64,000 nucleotides of DNA, taken from Candidatus Latescibacterota bacterium. Its GTDB lineage: Bacteria > Latescibacterota > UBA2968 > UBA8231. The notes beneath the pieces were generated by a model. It searched no databases, was not told where the DNA came from, and worked only from the letters and a program-made list of their open reading frames with translations. Numbering within the stretch: position 1 is the first letter of the stretch; each line of letters opens with the position of its first letter. The DNA is taken from contig CBDETY010000003.1 of NCBI GenBank assembly GCA_965243025.1, positions 1,344,001 to 1,408,000 of the forward strand. The letters are read 5' to 3'. The translations under genes were made by a program, and so were the position numbers. Positions 50,718-64,000 of the stretch are shown one piece after another.

Positions 50718-51419
50718 GTGCCCAAGCGAAGCAAGAGGTACAAGCAGGCTGCCGCCGCCTACGACAAGCGCGATATGGTGGCACTCGACGCAGCAATCAG
50801 GATGATCCAGTCCTTTCCCAAACGCGGATTCGACGAGTCGGTCGAGTTGTCCTTCAATCTCGGAATCGACGGTCGGCAGGCCGATCAATCGATTCGCGGT
50901 ACGGTGATGTTACCCCACGGGACCGGCAAGGAAATCAGAGTCGTGGTCATCACCCAAGGGGAACTTGTGAAGGAAGCATCTGACGCCGGGGCGGACTTCG
51001 TTGGCGGTTCGGATATCGTCGAAAAGATTCAAAACGGATGGCTTGACTTCGATCTCGCAATTGCATCCCCCGACATGATGGGGCAAGTTGGAAAACTCGG
51101 CAGGATCCTAGGTCCGAGAGGGATGATGCCGAACCCCAAGACCGGGACGGTGACCCGTACAATTGCTCAGGCAGTCAGGGAGTCCAAGGCAGGTCGAATA
51201 GAGTATCGCGCCGACAGCAAATCGGGCAACAACGCGCAGGCTCCGATCGGCAAACTTTCTTTTTCGGAATCGGATTTGTTCGCCAATGCCAAGGCTTTCT
51301 CGGAGGCCATCCTGCGAAGCAGACCGGCTTCGGCAAAGGGGCAGTTTATCAAAAAGGCGGTCATTTCCTCAACCATGGGTCCCGGAATACGGGTCGACCC
51401 TTCATCCATCTCTCTGTAA
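50718..51419 (+). CDS. rplA: 50S ribosomal protein uL1
   Basis: [33 protein letters not shown]. Confidence 0.98.
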   Translation: MPKRSKRYKQAAAAYDKRDMVALDAAIRMIQSFPKRGFDESVELSFNLGIDGRQADQSIRGTVMLPHGTGKEIRVVVITQGELVKEASDAGADFVGGSDIVEKIQNGWLDFDLAIASPDMMGQVGKLGRILGPRGMMPNPKTGTVTRTIAQAVRESKAGRIEYRADSKSGNNAQAPIGKLSFSESDLFANAKAFSEAILRSRPASAKGQFIKKAVISSTMGPGIRVDPSSISL

Positions 51420-51467
51420 GCAGGGAGGCCCTTTAGACAGGGCCCGAGAGGATTCAGCAGGGAACCG

Positions 51468-52007
51468 ATGCCGACAGAAGCAAAGAGGGAGTCAGTCGCC
51501 AGCCTGTCGCGGAAGATGTCGGAGGCCAAATCCATCTTCCTCGCCGATTTCACCGGTGTCGACGTCGAATCCGTGACGCGACTGCGGCGTTCTCTCCGAG
51601 GCGCTTCGGTGGAATATCAGGTCGTCAAAAACCGGCTTGCCAAACTGGCCGTGGAGGATGCCGGGCTGGAGGGCTTGGGTGACTTCCTGAAGGGTCCCAC
51701 GGCTTTGGCTTTCGCCCTTGAGGATCCTGTTGCGCCGGCAAAAATATTGCAGCAGTTCATCGACGACGGCGGCAGCCTGGCCATCAAGAGTGGTTACCTG
51801 GATGGACAGGTGCTGACTGCCGACCGGGTTGTGGAGCTGTCCAAACTGCCCTCGCGCGAGGAATTGCTCGGTAAGGTGGTTGGCTCGGTACAGAGTCCGA
51901 TTCACGGCCTCGGCTTCACCCTGACCGGTTTGCTGCGCAGCGTAATCGGAGCGTTGTCGGCCATTGAAGAACAGAAGCGCAACGATCAATCGACAGACAA
52001 CCCATGA
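51468..52007 (+). CDS. rplJ: 50S ribosomal protein uL10
   Basis: [23 protein letters not shown]. Confidence 0.96.
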   Translation: MPTEAKRESVASLSRKMSEAKSIFLADFTGVDVESVTRLRRSLRGASVEYQVVKNRLAKLAVEDAGLEGLGDFLKGPTALAFALEDPVAPAKILQQFIDDGGSLAIKSGYLDGQVLTADRVVELSKLPSREELLGKVVGSVQSPIHGLGFTLTGLLRSVIGALSAIEEQKRNDQSTDNP

Positions 52008-52023
52008 TGGAGGATCATCGACA

Positions 52024-52425
52024 ATGAGCGAAGAGGCAACTCTGAGCCCGAAGATTGAAGAAATCATCGAGACCGTTGGCAGTCTCACGGTGTTGGAGCT
52101 CGCAGAACTGGTGAAGGCCCTGGAGGAGAAGTTCGGCGTATCTGCCGCTGCCCCGGTGATGGTGGCAGGTGCTCCCGCCGACGGCGCTGATGTCCCAGAC
52201 GCTGTCGAAGAGAAAGACTCCTTCGATGTCGTGCTGACCAGTGCCGGAGACAAGAAAATCCAGGTAATCAAGGTAGTTCGGGAGATTACCAGTCTTGGAC
52301 TGAAGGAGGCCAAGGCCCTTGTCGACGAAGCGCCGAAGGCGGTGAAGGAGGGCGTCACCAAGCAGGAGGCCGAGGAGATTCAGACCAAACTCTCTGAAGT
52401 GGGCGGTACAGTGGAAATCCAGTAA
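52024..52425 (+). CDS. rplL: 50S ribosomal protein bL12
   Basis: [36 protein letters not shown]. Confidence 0.98.
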   Translation: MSEEATLSPKIEEIIETVGSLTVLELAELVKALEEKFGVSAAAPVMVAGAPADGADVPDAVEEKDSFDVVLTSAGDKKIQVIKVVREITSLGLKEAKALVDEAPKAVKEGVTKQEAEEIQTKLSEVGGTVEIQ

Positions 52426-52656
52426 GGCAGGTGTCCCAGCGGTTGCCCCCTTTAAAGTGATTCCCCACGGTTGCCGGAGTTGCACGCCCATAATCGGCCC
52501 TGCGACCCGGCATCGTTCAAGCGACATTACCCGGCATTGCATTCCTTTCCTTTGGAGGTGCGGACGGCTGACTGCGCCTGTGAGCACCAATCTGCGAGCT
52601 GCCCGAATGTTGGGTAACCTGTATCCGGCCATCTACCTCTAAGAGGAGGTCCAGCC

Positions 52657-55600
52657 TTGAGTGGAAATAACAACGGCGGTATCGACAGACAGTCCTTTGG
52701 AAAGATCCAGGAAGTCGTCGCCATGCCGAATCTGCTCGAAGTGCAGATCGAGTCCTATCGGTCCTTTCTGCAACTCGAAACACATCCCAACAAGCGACAG
52801 CGGCGAGGACTGCATCTTGTCTTCGAAAGCATTTTTCCCATTTCGGACGCGCAAAACATTTTCACCCTTGAATACGTCGATTACTCGATCGGAAATCCCC
52901 GCTACAGCGTCGAGGAGTGCCGGGAAAGAGGAATGACGTTTGCAGCGCCGTTGAGAGCCACCTTGCGGCTTGTGACCCGGGACAAGGACAGTCCGGAAAA
53001 ACCGGTCAAGGACATTGTGGAGCAGTCGGTGTTTCTCGGAGAGCTTCCACTGATGACGGAACAGGGCACTTTCGTTATCAACGGCGCGGAACGCGTCGTG
53101 GTCAGCCAGCTGCACCGTTCACCAGGAGTGTTTTTCGACGAGACGATGCATCCTAACGGCAAGCGACTGTTCTCCGCCCGCATTCTGCCTTCCAAGGGGC
53201 CATGGCTCGAGTTCAGTATGGACATAAACGACATCATGTATGTTCACATTGATCGCCGCCGCAAGCTGCCGGTAACTCTACTTCTGCGGGCGCTCGGATT
53301 TTCCAGGAACGGGGAGGTGCTTTCCCTTTTCCGCGAAGAGGCGCAAGAGGAGGTTGGAGAAGAAATCATCGGTCGCTGCCTGGGCGGTGAAGACCTTGTG
53401 AACAGGGACACCGGCGAGGTGATCGCGGAGGCATACGGGGAGGTTACTGAAGAAATCCTCGAGGCGCTGAAGGAAAACGGCTTCAGTGCCGTCAGCTTGC
53501 TGGCCGGACCGGACCCGAACGATCCCGGAGTTCTGGAAAACACCCTGAGGAAAGATCCCAGCGAAAGCGAAGAAGATGCTCTTACCCGCATCTACAATCT
53601 GTTACGCCCCGGTGATCCCCCGAACATAGAGACTGCCCGCGGTTTGCTGGATCGTCTGTTTTTTCACGCCAAGCGATACAACCTGGGCGATGTCGGCCGC
53701 CACCGAATAAACAGCCGGTTGGAGCTCGAAGTACCGGTCGAAAGTACTATCCTTCACTTGGAAGACTTCATGTGCATTATCAACTACCTGTTGGAGTTGC
53801 GCATTGGCCAGGGATTTACCGACGACATCGACCATCTGGGCAATCGCCGTGTTCGACTTGTCGGGGAACTCCTGGCAAACCAGTTCAGCATCGGCTTGAC
53901 GCGGATGTCGCGTACGATCCGGGAGCGGATGAACCTCAAAGATGAAGAACAGATAACCCCGCACGATCTCGTCAACGCGCGCACCGTGTCTACTGTAGTG
54001 CAGGCTTTTTTCGGAAGCAGCCAGCTTTCCCAGTTCATGCAACAGAACAACCCTCTGGACGAACTGACCCATAAGCGACGCCTGAGCGCTCTGGGGCCGG
54101 GCGGTTTGAGTCGTGATCGCGCAGGTTTCGAGGTGCGCGACGTTCACTATACCCACTACGGCCGCATCTGTCCGATCGAGACTCCGGAAGGCCCGAACAT
54201 TGGCTTGATTTCTTCTCTGAGCACGTTCGCCCGCGTAAACTCCTTCGGTTTCCTGGAGACACCCTACCGCAAGGTCGTGAACGGCAGAGCGACCCAGGAG
54301 ATCGAGTTTCTTTCCGCGGATCAGGAAGACCGCTTCACGATTGCCCAAGCGAACGAAATCGTGGACGAAAACGGACAGTTTGCGAACTCCCTGGTCAAGG
54401 CTCGCCAACGCGACGACTATCCGATGGTACCTCCCGAAGAAACCCAGTATATGGATGTTTCTCCAAAGCAATTGGTCAGTGCCGCCGCGGCCTTGATCCC
54501 GTTTCTTGAGCACGACGATGCAAACAGGGCACTCATGGGCTCCAACATGCAGCGCCAGGCGGTGCCCTTGTTGTTTACCGAGGCCCCCCTCGTCGGCACC
54601 GGAATGGAAGAAAAGGTCGCTCGCGATTCCGGCGCCGTAATCCTGGCACGCAACCCGGGGAAAGTCCTGTCGGTCAATTCCGACCGTATGGTCGTAGAGC
54701 GTGACAAGAGCAGCAGTACACCGCTTTCGCCCCTCGACACCGCGGACGCGGACGAGTACAAGCTCATCAAGTTCAGCCGCAGCAACCAGGACTGCTGTAT
54801 CAACCAGCGGCCGGTCGTGAACGTCGGAGACAATGTCTCCAAGGGGCAGGTGATTGCCGATGGCCCCGCTACGGACTCAGGCGACCTCGCTTTGGGTATG
54901 AACGTTCTGGTCGCTTTCATGCCCTGGAACGGCTACAACTTCGAGGATGCAATCGTCATCAGCGAGCGGCTGTTGAAAAAAGATGTGTTCACCTCGGTTC
55001 ATATCGAGGAATTCGAACTTCAGGTGCGCGACACCAAGCGGGGGCAGGAGGAGATTACACGCGAGATTCCGAACGTCAGTGAGCAGGCTGTGCGCAACCT
55101 CGACGAGGAAGGTATCGTGCGGATCGGAGCCGAGGTCGGCCCTGGGGACATTCTCGTGGGCAAGGTGACGCCCAAGGGGGAGACGGAACTGTCGCCGGAA
55201 GAGCGGCTTCTGCGAGCCATTTTCGGGGAGAAGGCCGGAGACGTTCGCGATGCCTCTCTCAAGGCCCCTCCGGGCATGGAAGGGGTCGTCATCGGCCGCA
55301 AGGTTTTTTCGCGCAAGGACCGCGGGGATGCGTCACGCAAGAAAGAGAAGGCGGAGATTGCCGAAATGCGTGCAGAAGCGGTAGCGAAAGGCAAGAGTCT
55401 GGGCGATGAACGGGACCGTCAGCTCGTCGAGCTGCTGCGCCATCACAAACTCAATACTCTGCTCAGCAAGGATGATAACAGCGTCGTCGTCCGCGAGGGC
55501 ACTCAGATCAGCGCACGACTGCTGGAGCAGGTTGATTTTTCAACCCTGACCGCCGGTCAGGGATGGACCGAAAACCAGTCGGTAAGCGACAGCGTTGACA

Positions 55601-56448
55601 CTCTGCTGCGCTATACTGCCGAACAGATCCAGCTGGTCGAGGAGCAGACAGAGAGGGCCATCGAGCGGTTGACTCGAGGGGACGAACTGCCCCCCGGCAT
55701 TATCCAGCTGGTCAAGGTGCACGTCGCCAAGAAGCGGAAGCTGTCCGTGGGCGACAAGATGGCGGGGCGTCATGGTAACAAAGGTGTCGTCGCCGCCATC
55801 GTTCCCGAAGAGGACATGCCCTATCTCGAGGACGGCACCCCCGTGGACATCGTTCTCAATCCTCTCGGAGTACCATCCCGTATGAATCTGGGGCAGATTT
55901 TCGAAACGCACCTCGGGTGGGCGGCCGAGGCCCTTGGCCTGCATGTGGCCACTCCCGTGTTCGATGGCGCCTCGCTCGAGGAAGTCAAGGTGATGCTTAA
56001 CGAAGCCGGGTTGCCGGAAGACGGCAAGGCAAACCTGTTCGATGGCCGTACGGGAAAATTGCTGGATAAACGCGTGACCGTGGGGTTCATCTACATGCTC
56101 AAGCTCACCCACCTGGTTGCAGACAAGATCCATGCCCGTTCGATCGGACCTTATTCCCTGGTCACCCAGCAGCCGCTGGGCGGCAAGGCACAGTTCGGCG
56201 GACAGCGCTTCGGAGAAATGGAAGTATGGGCCCTTGAGGCATATGGGTCGGCATATACACTGCAGGAAATGCTCACTGTAAAGTCTGACGATGTTGCGGG
56301 CAGGTCGCGCATCTACGAGGCGATCGTCAAGGGCGAGAATCCGCCGGAGCCGGGCATTCCGGAGTCGTTCAACGTGTTGGTCAAGGAGCTTCAGAGTCTT
56401 TGTCTCGACGTGATTCTGGAGGACAGCATGGTATCCGAAACTTACTGA
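52657..56448 (+). CDS. rpoB: RNA polymerase beta subunit
   Basis: [48 protein letters not shown]. Confidence 0.99.
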   Translation: MSGNNNGGIDRQSFGKIQEVVAMPNLLEVQIESYRSFLQLETHPNKRQRRGLHLVFESIFPISDAQNIFTLEYVDYSIGNPRYSVEECRERGMTFAAPLRATLRLVTRDKDSPEKPVKDIVEQSVFLGELPLMTEQGTFVINGAERVVVSQLHRSPGVFFDETMHPNGKRLFSARILPSKGPWLEFSMDINDIMYVHIDRRRKLPVTLLLRALGFSRNGEVLSLFREEAQEEVGEEIIGRCLGGEDLVNRDTGEVIAEAYGEVTEEILEALKENGFSAVSLLAGPDPNDPGVLENTLRKDPSESEEDALTRIYNLLRPGDPPNIETARGLLDRLFFHAKRYNLGDVGRHRINSRLELEVPVESTILHLEDFMCIINYLLELRIGQGFTDDIDHLGNRRVRLVGELLANQFSIGLTRMSRTIRERMNLKDEEQITPHDLVNARTVSTVVQAFFGSSQLSQFMQQNNPLDELTHKRRLSALGPGGLSRDRAGFEVRDVHYTHYGRICPIETPEGPNIGLISSLSTFARVNSFGFLETPYRKVVNGRATQEIEFLSADQEDRFTIAQANEIVDENGQFANSLVKARQRDDYPMVPPEETQYMDVSPKQLVSAAAALIPFLEHDDANRALMGSNMQRQAVPLLFTEAPLVGTGMEEKVARDSGAVILARNPGKVLSVNSDRMVVERDKSSSTPLSPLDTADADEYKLIKFSRSNQDCCINQRPVVNVGDNVSKGQVIADGPATDSGDLALGMNVLVAFMPWNGYNFEDAIVISERLLKKDVFTSVHIEEFELQVRDTKRGQEEITREIPNVSEQAVRNLDEEGIVRIGAEVGPGDILVGKVTPKGETELSPEERLLRAIFGEKAGDVRDASLKAPPGMEGVVIGRKVFSRKDRGDASRKKEKAEIAEMRAEAVAKGKSLGDERDRQLVELLRHHKLNTLLSKDDNSVVVREGTQISARLLEQVDFSTLTAGQGWTENQSVSDSVDTLLRYTAEQIQLVEEQTERAIERLTRGDELPPGIIQLVKVHVAKKRKLSVGDKMAGRHGNKGVVAAIVPEEDMPYLEDGTPVDIVLNPLGVPSRMNLGQIFETHLGWAAEALGLHVATPVFDGASLEEVKVMLNEAGLPEDGKANLFDGRTGKLLDKRVTVGFIYMLKLTHLVADKIHARSIGPYSLVTQQPLGGKAQFGGQRFGEMEVWALEAYGSAYTLQEMLTVKSDDVAGRSRIYEAIVKGENPPEPGIPESFNVLVKELQSLCLDVILEDSMVSETY

Positions 56449-56533
56449 TTGGCTCGCTGATTTCGCGAGACTGCAAAAACTCGAAATCGTGACAGTCCGG
56501 TAGCACTCGACCTTTCTCAAAAGGGAGCCCAAC

Positions 56534-59500
56534 GTGATCAAGATGACCAACTCTCGCAAGCCGACGGACTTCGACTCGATCCGCATTCAGCTCGCGTCGC
56601 CCGACACCATCAGGTCCTGGTCGCACGGGGAGGTTACGAAACCGGAAACGATCAACTACAGGTCCTTCAAGCCGGAGCGGGACGGCCTTTTTTGCGAGCG
56701 CATCTTCGGACCTGTCAAGGATTGGACCTGCCACTGCGGGAAATACAAGGGAATTCGCTACCGCGGGGTTGTTTGCGATCGTTGTGGCGTCGAAGTCACC
56801 CAGGCCAAGGTCCGTCGTGAACGGCTCGGACACATCGAGCTCGCTGTTCCCGTTTCCCATATATGGTATTTCAAGTCGCTTCCGTCGCGTATCGGGGCGC
56901 TGTTGGACGTGTCGATGCGCAACCTCGAGCGCATCCTCTACTACGAGTCCTACGTGGTGATCGATCCCGGAGATTCTGACCTCGAGAGGATGGCTCTGCT
57001 GACTGAAGAGGAATTGATGGAAGTGCGGGAGCAGGGGAGCAACCCGATCGTTGGAATGGGAGCTCCGGTCGTTCAGGATTTGCTCGCCGACATAGATATC
57101 GAAGAACTCTCAGCGGAGCTGCGCGCCCGTGTGCGCATGGAAACATCGATCCAGCGGAAGCAGGAGGCGCTCAAGCGCCTGAAGGTAGTCGAGGCTTTCC
57201 GCCAGTCCGAGAACAGACCCCAGTGGATGATTCTCGACGTAATTCCGGTTATTCCGCCCGACCTGCGCCCTTTGGTTCCCCTCGAAGGGGGACGCTTTGC
57301 GACGTCCGATCTCAACGATTTGTACCGCCGGGTAATCAATCGCAACAACCGCCTCAAGAAGCTCATTGGCATAAAGGCTCCCGAGGTGATTTTGCGCAAT
57401 GAGAAGCGAATGCTTCAGGAAGCGGTTGACGCCCTGTTCGACAACGGTCGCCGTTCCCGCGCGGTCCGTGGTGACGGCAACCGCTCACTCAAGTCCCTGA
57501 GCGATCTGTTAAAGGGGAAACAGGGGCGTTTTCGGCAGAACCTGCTTGGGAAACGCGTCGATTACTCAGGCCGTTCCGTGATCGTTGTGGGACCGGAGCT
57601 CAAGCTGCACCAGTGCGGACTTCCCAAGGGGATGGCCTTGGAGCTTTTCAAGCCATTCGTGATTCGAAAGCTCGAGGAGAAAGGTCTGGTCCAGACAGTC
57701 AAAAGCGCAAAGAAGCTGGTGGAGAGGGAACGGCCTGAAGTCTGGGACATTCTCGAGGAGATCATCCAGGATCACTGCGTCCTCCTGAATCGTGCCCCGA
57801 CGCTTCACCGTCTCGGCATCCAGGCATTCCAGCCGATTCTCGTCGAAGGCAAAGCCGTCCAGTTGCATCCATTGGTTTGCGCTGCCTTCAACGCCGATTT
57901 CGATGGCGACCAGATGGCGGTCCACGTTCCGCTTTCGTTCGAGTCCCAGATCGAGGCGCGGCTGTTGATGTTGTCTTCGCAGAATCTGCTCAAGCCGGCA
58001 GACGGCGAACCGGTAATTATGATGGACCCGAAGGACATCGTTCTTGGCAGCTACTACCTCACCAAGGTCCGTTTCAGCGCCGCCGACAAAGTAGAGCGCC
58101 GTTTCTCCAGCCCGACCGAGGCGATCGCGGCCTTCGACAGCGAGCGCATCGGCATGCACCAGCCGATCAAGGTTCGCGTCAAAGGGAATCTTGTCGATAC
58201 CACCGTTGGAAGACTGATCTTCAACGAAGCGATACCCCCGGAAATGGAATTCGTCAATCAGAACATCGAGAAAGGCGACATCAAGAAGATCACCGGAGAG
58301 GTTTACCGGGTGATGGGCAATCGCCGTACCGCCGAGTTCGTCGATGATTTGAAACACCTTGGCTACAGCCACGCAACACTTGCCGGGGTTACCGTCTCCG
58401 TTGACGATGTCGTCGTCCCGGCGGAAAAGGACGAAATCATCAACGACGCCCTGAGCGAGGTCGAAAAGGTGCGCGAGCAGTACGCCAACGGCATTATTAC
58501 CGATGGTGAGCGCTACAACAAGATCATCGACATCTGGACGCACGCCACTTCCTCGGTATCCCGCGCGGTTCAGGGAGCACTTGAAGATGCCGAGGAGGGG
58601 TTCAATTCGGTCTTCATCATGAAGGATTCCGGCGCCCGGGGGAGCGAGGACCAGATCAAGCAACTGGGCGGCATGCGCGGTCTGATGAACAAACCCCAGA
58701 AGAAACTTACGGGAGCAGTCGGTGAGATCATCGAGACGCCGATAATCGCCTCGCTCAAAGAGGGTCTCTCCGTTCTCGAGTATTTCATCTCGACACACGG
58801 AGCTCGAAAGGGGCTGGCCGACACTGCGCTGAAGACGGCCGAGGCTGGATACCTGACCCGCCGCATGGTCGATGTGGCCCAGGATGTGGTGGTGAGCGAA
58901 GAAGACTGTGGAACCGGGCAAGGCCTGTGGATCGGCGCCCTGAAGGACGGCGAGGAGATCGTCGAACCTCTGGCCGACCGCATCCTCGGCCGCGTCCTTC
59001 TGGAGGACGTCGTTGAAGCCGATGACAGCGTCGTTGTGGAAGCCGGCAGCCTGCTCGAAGAAGAAGACGCCAATCGAATCGCCCAGACCGGGACCGACCG
59101 GGTGCGCATCCGTTCGGTCCTGACCTGCGAGTCGGAACGCGGTGTTTGCGCAAAGTGCTACGGCCGCAACCTGGCTACCGGAAAGATCGTGAATGTGGGG
59201 GAAGCGGTTGGCGTAATCGCAGCGCAGAGTATCGGGGAGCCGGGCACGCAGCTGACCTTGCGCACCTTCCACATCGGAGGCACGGCCAGCCGTATCGCGG
59301 AACAATCCCAGATCAACGCCCGCCGCAACGGCACCGTGCAATTCACCAACATCGTTACTGTCGACCACCCCGACCTCGGGCCTGTGGTGGTCGGCCGCAA
59401 CGGAGTGATCGAGTTGCGCGACCAGCAGAATCGTGGACGCGGTACCGTGAGTGTTCCCTACGGGGCAAGTCTGAAAGTGGCTGACGGCGAGTTCGTCGAC

Positions 59501-60637
59501 GCCTCGCAGGTGCTGTACGAATGGGACCCTTACAATCACGGAATCGTTGCCGACCGGGCCGGACGGATCCGGTTCACCGACATTGTCGAAGAGGTCACCT
59601 TGCGGGATGAATTCGACGAAACCACTGGTATGACCGCCCGTGTCATCGTCGAACAGCGCGACCGTTCGTTGAGTCCCCAGCTGGAGGTGGTGTCTCCCGA
59701 GGAGGGAACCAGGTCATTCATCATCCCGGTCGGCGCCCGCCTCCTGGTCGGTGACGGTGACGAGGTTCCGGCCGGGACGGTCCTGGTCAAGATTCCCCGC
59801 GAGCGCACCAAGACGCGGGATATCACCGGCGGTCTTCCCCGGGTCGCCGAGCTGTTCGAAGCCAGGCGCCCCAAGGAGCCGGCGGTGATTTCGGAGATCG
59901 ATGGTGGTGTTTCGTTCGGCGGCATGGTACGCGGAAATCGCGAGGTGCTCGTGGCTTCCCCCGAGGGCGAGGAACGCAAGTATCTGGTGCCCTACGGCAA
60001 ACATCTGCGGGTGCAGGAGGGAGATCAGATCGAGGCCGGAGAGCGGCTGTCTGAAGGTGCGGTCAATCCCCACGACATCCTCCAGGTCCAGGGTGTTCAC
60101 ATGGTTCAGGAGTATCTTGTGAACGAGATCCAGGACGTATATCGCTTGCAGGCGGTTGAAATTAACGACAAACATATCGAAGTCATTGTCCGCCAGATGC
60201 TGCAAAAAGTGCGGGTTCTCGATCCTGGGGATACCAACTTTCTCGAGGGAGAGGAAGTCGACAAGATCAGGTTCAACAGGGAAAACGACAAAGTCATTTC
60301 AGACGGTGGCGACCCGGCAACCTGTCAGCCGATCCTGCTCGGTATCACACGTGCCTCGTTGCGCACGGACAGCTTCATTTCCGCCGCCTCGTTTCAGGAA
60401 ACGACGCGGGTGCTTACCGAGGCCGCGGTTCAGGGCAAGGTCGACCACCTCCGGGGACTCAAGGAAAACGTGATTATCGGACGGTTGATCCCCGCAGGAA
60501 CAGGCACCTCCATGTATCGAACGATATCCTACACGGACCTCGAACCAGAATTCGATGAGATTTCCGAAACTGGCGGAAACGGCGAGGCGCTTGACAGCGA
60601 TTTCCGAGCCGAAGAGGTGACAGTTCTCAGCGAATGA
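56534..60637 (+). CDS. rpoC: RNA polymerase beta' subunit
   Basis: NADFDGDQM, Zn ribbon, [17 protein letters not shown]. Confidence 0.99.
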   Translation: MIKMTNSRKPTDFDSIRIQLASPDTIRSWSHGEVTKPETINYRSFKPERDGLFCERIFGPVKDWTCHCGKYKGIRYRGVVCDRCGVEVTQAKVRRERLGHIELAVPVSHIWYFKSLPSRIGALLDVSMRNLERILYYESYVVIDPGDSDLERMALLTEEELMEVREQGSNPIVGMGAPVVQDLLADIDIEELSAELRARVRMETSIQRKQEALKRLKVVEAFRQSENRPQWMILDVIPVIPPDLRPLVPLEGGRFATSDLNDLYRRVINRNNRLKKLIGIKAPEVILRNEKRMLQEAVDALFDNGRRSRAVRGDGNRSLKSLSDLLKGKQGRFRQNLLGKRVDYSGRSVIVVGPELKLHQCGLPKGMALELFKPFVIRKLEEKGLVQTVKSAKKLVERERPEVWDILEEIIQDHCVLLNRAPTLHRLGIQAFQPILVEGKAVQLHPLVCAAFNADFDGDQMAVHVPLSFESQIEARLLMLSSQNLLKPADGEPVIMMDPKDIVLGSYYLTKVRFSAADKVERRFSSPTEAIAAFDSERIGMHQPIKVRVKGNLVDTTVGRLIFNEAIPPEMEFVNQNIEKGDIKKITGEVYRVMGNRRTAEFVDDLKHLGYSHATLAGVTVSVDDVVVPAEKDEIINDALSEVEKVREQYANGIITDGERYNKIIDIWTHATSSVSRAVQGALEDAEEGFNSVFIMKDSGARGSEDQIKQLGGMRGLMNKPQKKLTGAVGEIIETPIIASLKEGLSVLEYFISTHGARKGLADTALKTAEAGYLTRRMVDVAQDVVVSEEDCGTGQGLWIGALKDGEEIVEPLADRILGRVLLEDVVEADDSVVVEAGSLLEEEDANRIAQTGTDRVRIRSVLTCESERGVCAKCYGRNLATGKIVNVGEAVGVIAAQSIGEPGTQLTLRTFHIGGTASRIAEQSQINARRNGTVQFTNIVTVDHPDLGPVVVGRNGVIELRDQQNRGRGTVSVPYGASLKVADGEFVDASQVLYEWDPYNHGIVADRAGRIRFTDIVEEVTLRDEFDETTGMTARVIVEQRDRSLSPQLEVVSPEEGTRSFIIPVGARLLVGDGDEVPAGTVLVKIPRERTKTRDITGGLPRVAELFEARRPKEPAVISEIDGGVSFGGMVRGNREVLVASPEGEERKYLVPYGKHLRVQEGDQIEAGERLSEGAVNPHDILQVQGVHMVQEYLVNEIQDVYRLQAVEINDKHIEVIVRQMLQKVRVLDPGDTNFLEGEEVDKIRFNRENDKVISDGGDPATCQPILLGITRASLRTDSFISAASFQETTRVLTEAAVQGKVDHLRGLKENVIIGRLIPAGTGTSMYRTISYTDLEPEFDEISETGGNGEALDSDFRAEEVTVLSE

Positions 60638-60669
60638 ATGCAAGGCTCAGCCGGAAACAAGAGAAGCTG

Positions 60670-60698
60670 TTGACTCATACAATTATTGTGATTAGCTT
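60670..60698 (+). promoter_or_regulatory. sigma70 promoter of the str operon
   Basis: TTGACT-17 nt-TAGCTT. Confidence 0.6.
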
Positions 60699-60866
60699 TT
60701 GAGTTTATCAAAAAAACCGGCTTTTTGCATCAACAGGAAGCCGCCTGTTCCGGTTCCCTTCCCTGAATTGCGGTGGAGGGGGAAGGGGACAGACGGCTTT
60801 CCATTGCAGGCTGAACGCCATCGCTTTCTTCAAATCGCTCGATAAGACACGAACGACCTAAAAAGA

Positions 60867-61238
60867 TTGCCAACCATCAATCAACTGGTCCGCAAGGGCC
60901 GCAAGAAACTGTCAAAACGCCGGGATGCTCCAGCCCTGCAGGGCTGCCCACAGCGGCGCGGGGTGTGCACGCGTGTATACACTACGACTCCAAAAAAACC
61001 TAACTCCGCCTTGAGAAAAATGGCGCGCGTTCGGCTTACCACAGGCCAGGAAGTTGCCGCTTACATCCCCGGTGAGGGAAATAATCTCCAGGAGCACTCG
61101 ATCGTCCTGGTGCGTGGAGGCAGGGTCAAGGATGTTCCCGGTGTCCGCTATCACATAATTCGGGGCGTCCTGGACACGAGCGGAGTTTCGGAGCGCAAGC
61201 AGAGCCGCTCGAAATACGGAGCGAGAAGGGAATCCTGA
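60867..61238 (+). CDS. rpsL: 30S ribosomal protein uS12
   Basis: [22 protein letters not shown]; TTG start. Confidence 0.98.
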   Translation: MPTINQLVRKGRKKLSKRRDAPALQGCPQRRGVCTRVYTTTPKKPNSALRKMARVRLTTGQEVAAYIPGEGNNLQEHSIVLVRGGRVKDVPGVRYHIIRGVLDTSGVSERKQSRSKYGARRES

Positions 61239-61708
61239 TGTCGCGCAGGCGCCGGGCCGTCAAGCGTCAGATCCTTCCGGACCCGAAATACAACAGCGTA
61301 CTTGCGACCCGTTTCATCAACTGCCTGATGACAAGGGGAAAGAAGAGCGTTGCGGAGCGTATCTTTTACAACGCCGTGGAGATGGTTACCCGGAGATCTG
61401 ACCAGCAGGGAATCGACGTGTTCCTGAAGGCAGTGGAAAACTGCAAGCCGATTGTCATCACCAAATCCCGGCGGGTGGGATCGCAGACCTACCAGGTGCC
61501 CCTTGAAGTCCGTCCAGAGGAACGCACAACGCGTGCCATCAAGTGGCTCATCCGGTATGCCCGGGAACGCACCGAAAGGACAATGGCCGACCGGCTCGCC
61601 AACGAGCTTCTGGCGGCATCCAAAGGAGAAGGAGGGGCGGTGCGGGCGCGCGATGACGTTCACCGAATGGCCGAAGCCAACAAGGCGTTCGCCCATTACC
61701 GCTTCTAG
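61238..61708 (+). CDS. rpsG: 30S ribosomal protein uS7
   Basis: [30 protein letters not shown]. Confidence 0.98.
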   Translation: MSRRRRAVKRQILPDPKYNSVLATRFINCLMTRGKKSVAERIFYNAVEMVTRRSDQQGIDVFLKAVENCKPIVITKSRRVGSQTYQVPLEVRPEERTTRAIKWLIRYARERTERTMADRLANELLAASKGEGGAVRARDDVHRMAEANKAFAHYRF

Positions 61709-61728
61709 GTCGGTTCAAACCAGCAACC

Positions 61729-63807
61729 ATGGCACGGAATTTCAGCATAGAGGCGACCCGAAACATCGGAATCGCCGCCCATATCGATGCGGGAAAGACG
61801 ACCACGACCGAGCGGATTCTGTACTATGCCGGGCGGCTGCACCGCATGGGAGAAGTCCATGACGGCACCACCGCCATGGACTGGATGGACCAGGAGCGCG
61901 AGCGTGGCATAACGATCACCTCCGCCGCTACCGCGTGCGCGTGGAAGGGCCACCAGATCAACATCATCGACACCCCGGGGCATGTCGATTTTACCGCCGA
62001 AGTCGAGCGTTCACTGAGAGTACTCGACGGTTCGATCGGCGTCTTTTGCGCCGTCGGCGGAGTCGAGCCCCAGTCCGAGACGGTCTGGCGACAGGCCGAC
62101 CGCTACCAGGTGCCCCGTATCGCATTTGTCAACAAGATGGATCGAAACGGGGCCGATTTTTTGCGTGTCCTCGAGATGCTGCACGAACGGCTCGGCAGCA
62201 ACTTTGTCCCGATTCAGCTCCCGATCGGTTCGGGTGAAACCTTCACCGGGCTGATCGACCTTATCGATATGAAGGCGACTACCTACGAAGAGATGTCGCT
62301 GGGGGCGAAGTTTCACGAAGGGGAGATCCCCGACGACCTGCTGCCTCAGGCCCTCAAGTACCGCGAAAAACTGCTCGAATCCGTTGCCGAGTTCGACGAC
62401 CACCTGCTCGAGAAATTTCTCGAAGGCCAGGAGGTCGCGCGCAGCGAGCTCCTCCCGGCGCTGCGGAAAGCGACGATTTCGTTGAAGGCCGTGCCCGTGG
62501 TTTGTGGAAGTGCCTTCCGCTACAAGGGAGTGCAGAAGCTCATCGACGCCGTCGTGGACCTGCTGCCGTCACCGGTCGACGTGCCGCCGGTTTCCGGAAC
62601 CGTGCCCCACGGGGAAGAGGTGGTGGAGCGGGTCGCCGGCGATGGCGAACCTTTCGCCGGCCTTGCGTTCAAAATAATGACCGATCCATTCGTCGGCAGG
62701 TTGTCCTTTGTCCGGGTCTATTCGGGCACCTTGGAAGCCGGGTCGTACATATACAACCCGGGAACCGGGAAACGGGAGCGGGTCTCGCGGCTTCTCGAGA
62801 TGCACGCAAACGACCGCACCGAGCGCAAGGCTGTTCACGCCGGCGATATCGTCGCCATTGTGGGATTGAAGGACACTACCACCGGCGATACGCTTTGCGA
62901 TGAAATGAACCCTCTTCTCCTCGAGAAGATCGAATTTGCGAAACCGGTCCTGCACGTAGCGGTCGAACCGAAAACCCGTGCTGATCAGGAGCAGCTGTTC
63001 GCCGCCCTCACCAAGCTCAGCGATGAAGACCCGACCTTTGTCGTGCGCATCGATGAGGAGACCGGGCAAACGGTCATTTCAGGAATGGGCGAATTGCACC
63101 TGGAGATCCTGATCGACCGTCTTTTCAGGGAGTTCAAAGTAGCGGCGAAAGTGGGCAAACCTCAGGTGGCATACAAAGAAGGCCTGGGACAGGCGGTGCA
63201 GGCTACCGGCCGATTCGTACGCCAAACCGGTGGCCGCGGGCAGTACGGTCACGTGGAAATCGAAATCGAGCCGGGCGAGCCTGGCAGCGGCATGGTCTTC
63301 GATTCGAAGATCAGCGGAGGCTCGATTCCGCGCGAATACATCTCCTCGGTTCAGCAAGGTATCCAGGAGGCGATGACGAGCGGGCCGATGGCGGGTTATC
63401 CCGTGGAGGACGCCAGGGTCTTTCTGGTCGATGGCTCCTACCACGAGGTCGACTCATCCGAAATGGCCTTCAAGGTGGCGGGGTCGATGGCCTTCAGGGA
63501 CGGGGCAAAGAAGGCGAAGCCGTTTCTGATGGAGCCTGTCATGGACCTCGAGGTGGTCGTCCCGGAGCAGTATCTCGGCGACGTGATCGGCGATCTGACT
63601 TCTCATCGCGGTGATATTCAGGGTGTCAACACGCGATCCGATGCCCAGGTAATCGCTTCGCAGATTCCCCTGTCGGAGGCTTTCGGTTACGCGACGCGCC
63701 TGAGGTCCCTTACGCAGGGCCGCGCCGTTTTCACCATGCAGTTTGCAAAGTACGAGAGGGTTCCGGCCCAGATCAGCGAGGAAATCGTAGATTCTGCGGG
63801 TCGATGA
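61729..63807 (+). CDS. fusA: Elongation factor G
   Basis: [30 protein letters not shown]. Confidence 0.99.
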   Translation: MARNFSIEATRNIGIAAHIDAGKTTTTERILYYAGRLHRMGEVHDGTTAMDWMDQERERGITITSAATACAWKGHQINIIDTPGHVDFTAEVERSLRVLDGSIGVFCAVGGVEPQSETVWRQADRYQVPRIAFVNKMDRNGADFLRVLEMLHERLGSNFVPIQLPIGSGETFTGLIDLIDMKATTYEEMSLGAKFHEGEIPDDLLPQALKYREKLLESVAEFDDHLLEKFLEGQEVARSELLPALRKATISLKAVPVVCGSAFRYKGVQKLIDAVVDLLPSPVDVPPVSGTVPHGEEVVERVAGDGEPFAGLAFKIMTDPFVGRLSFVRVYSGTLEAGSYIYNPGTGKRERVSRLLEMHANDRTERKAVHAGDIVAIVGLKDTTTGDTLCDEMNPLLLEKIEFAKPVLHVAVEPKTRADQEQLFAALTKLSDEDPTFVVRIDEETGQTVISGMGELHLEILIDRLFREFKVAAKVGKPQVAYKEGLGQAVQATGRFVRQTGGRGQYGHVEIEIEPGEPGSGMVFDSKISGGSIPREYISSVQQGIQEAMTSGPMAGYPVEDARVFLVDGSYHEVDSSEMAFKVAGSMAFRDGAKKAKPFLMEPVMDLEVVVPEQYLGDVIGDLTSHRGDIQGVNTRSDAQVIASQIPLSEAFGYATRLRSLTQGRAVFTMQFAKYERVPAQISEEIVDSAGR

Positions 63808-63865
63808 TCCGGCTCGCTCCGCACACCGATTCGAATGAGACAGAAAAAGGAGAGTTGAAAACGAC

Positions 63866-64000
63866 ATGGCGAAGGAACAATTCGAACGAACAAAGCCCCA
63901 CGTGAACATCGGCACTATCGGGCATGTCGATCACGGAAAAACCACGCTGACGGCGGCGATTACCCTGAACCTGGCCACCAAGGGCTTCGCCGAGGCCAAG
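63866..64000 (+). CDS. tuf: Elongation factor Tu, N-terminus (runs off the window)
   Basis: [33 protein letters not shown]. Confidence 0.97.
   Translation, partial: MAKEQFERTKPHVNIGTIGHVDHGKTTLTAAITLNLATKGFAEAK

Noticed and set aside
60867-63807. Streptomycin or fusidic-acid resistance alleles in rpsL/fusA
   Set aside because: The uS12 K42/K87-equivalent lysines and the EF-G PGHVDF and GELHL motifs are intact. The small uS12 differences (GNNLQEH, KDVPG) cannot be interpreted from sequence alone.

Overview
GC-rich bacterial chromosomal window made mostly of housekeeping genes. The RpoC signatures ([10 protein letters not shown]; [13 protein letters not shown]) suggest an FCB-superphylum organism (Gemmatimonadota/Latescibacterota-like); this placement is an inference. 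The left and middle parts carry dnaK, uvrB, 2-oxoacid dehydrogenase E1 alpha/beta, a ferredoxin plus sulfite/nitrite reductase, NAD salvage/repair genes, carB-TPR-pyrK-pyrD-rlpA, pcm, assorted dehydrogenases, infC, a probable 6S RNA, zapA, lhgO-hypothetical-larA, dinB, ygfZ and greA. The right part is tRNA(Gly,Thr)-rpmG-tRNA(Trp)-secE-nusG-rplKAJL-rpoBC-rpsLG-fusA-tuf (tuf truncated by the window edge). I saw no CRISPR array, transposase, integrase or prophage. Most notable observations: (1) a stand-alone rplC (uL3) with its own promoter, attenuator-like leader and terminator; (2) tandem NrdR-like boxes over a strong promoter that appears to drive a ~75-nt terminated RNA upstream of zapA, with no ribonucleotide reductase nearby; (3) RpoB D516Q+S522D (E. 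coli numbering) in the rifamycin pocket; (4) an lhgO-hyp-larA operon suggesting D/L-2-hydroxyglutarate racemisation plus oxidation; (5) a sigma54-type promoter on a solitary dnaK; (6) a TPR lipoprotein with a TonB-C-like domain embedded in pyrimidine genes. All calls come from reading the sequence; no searches were run.
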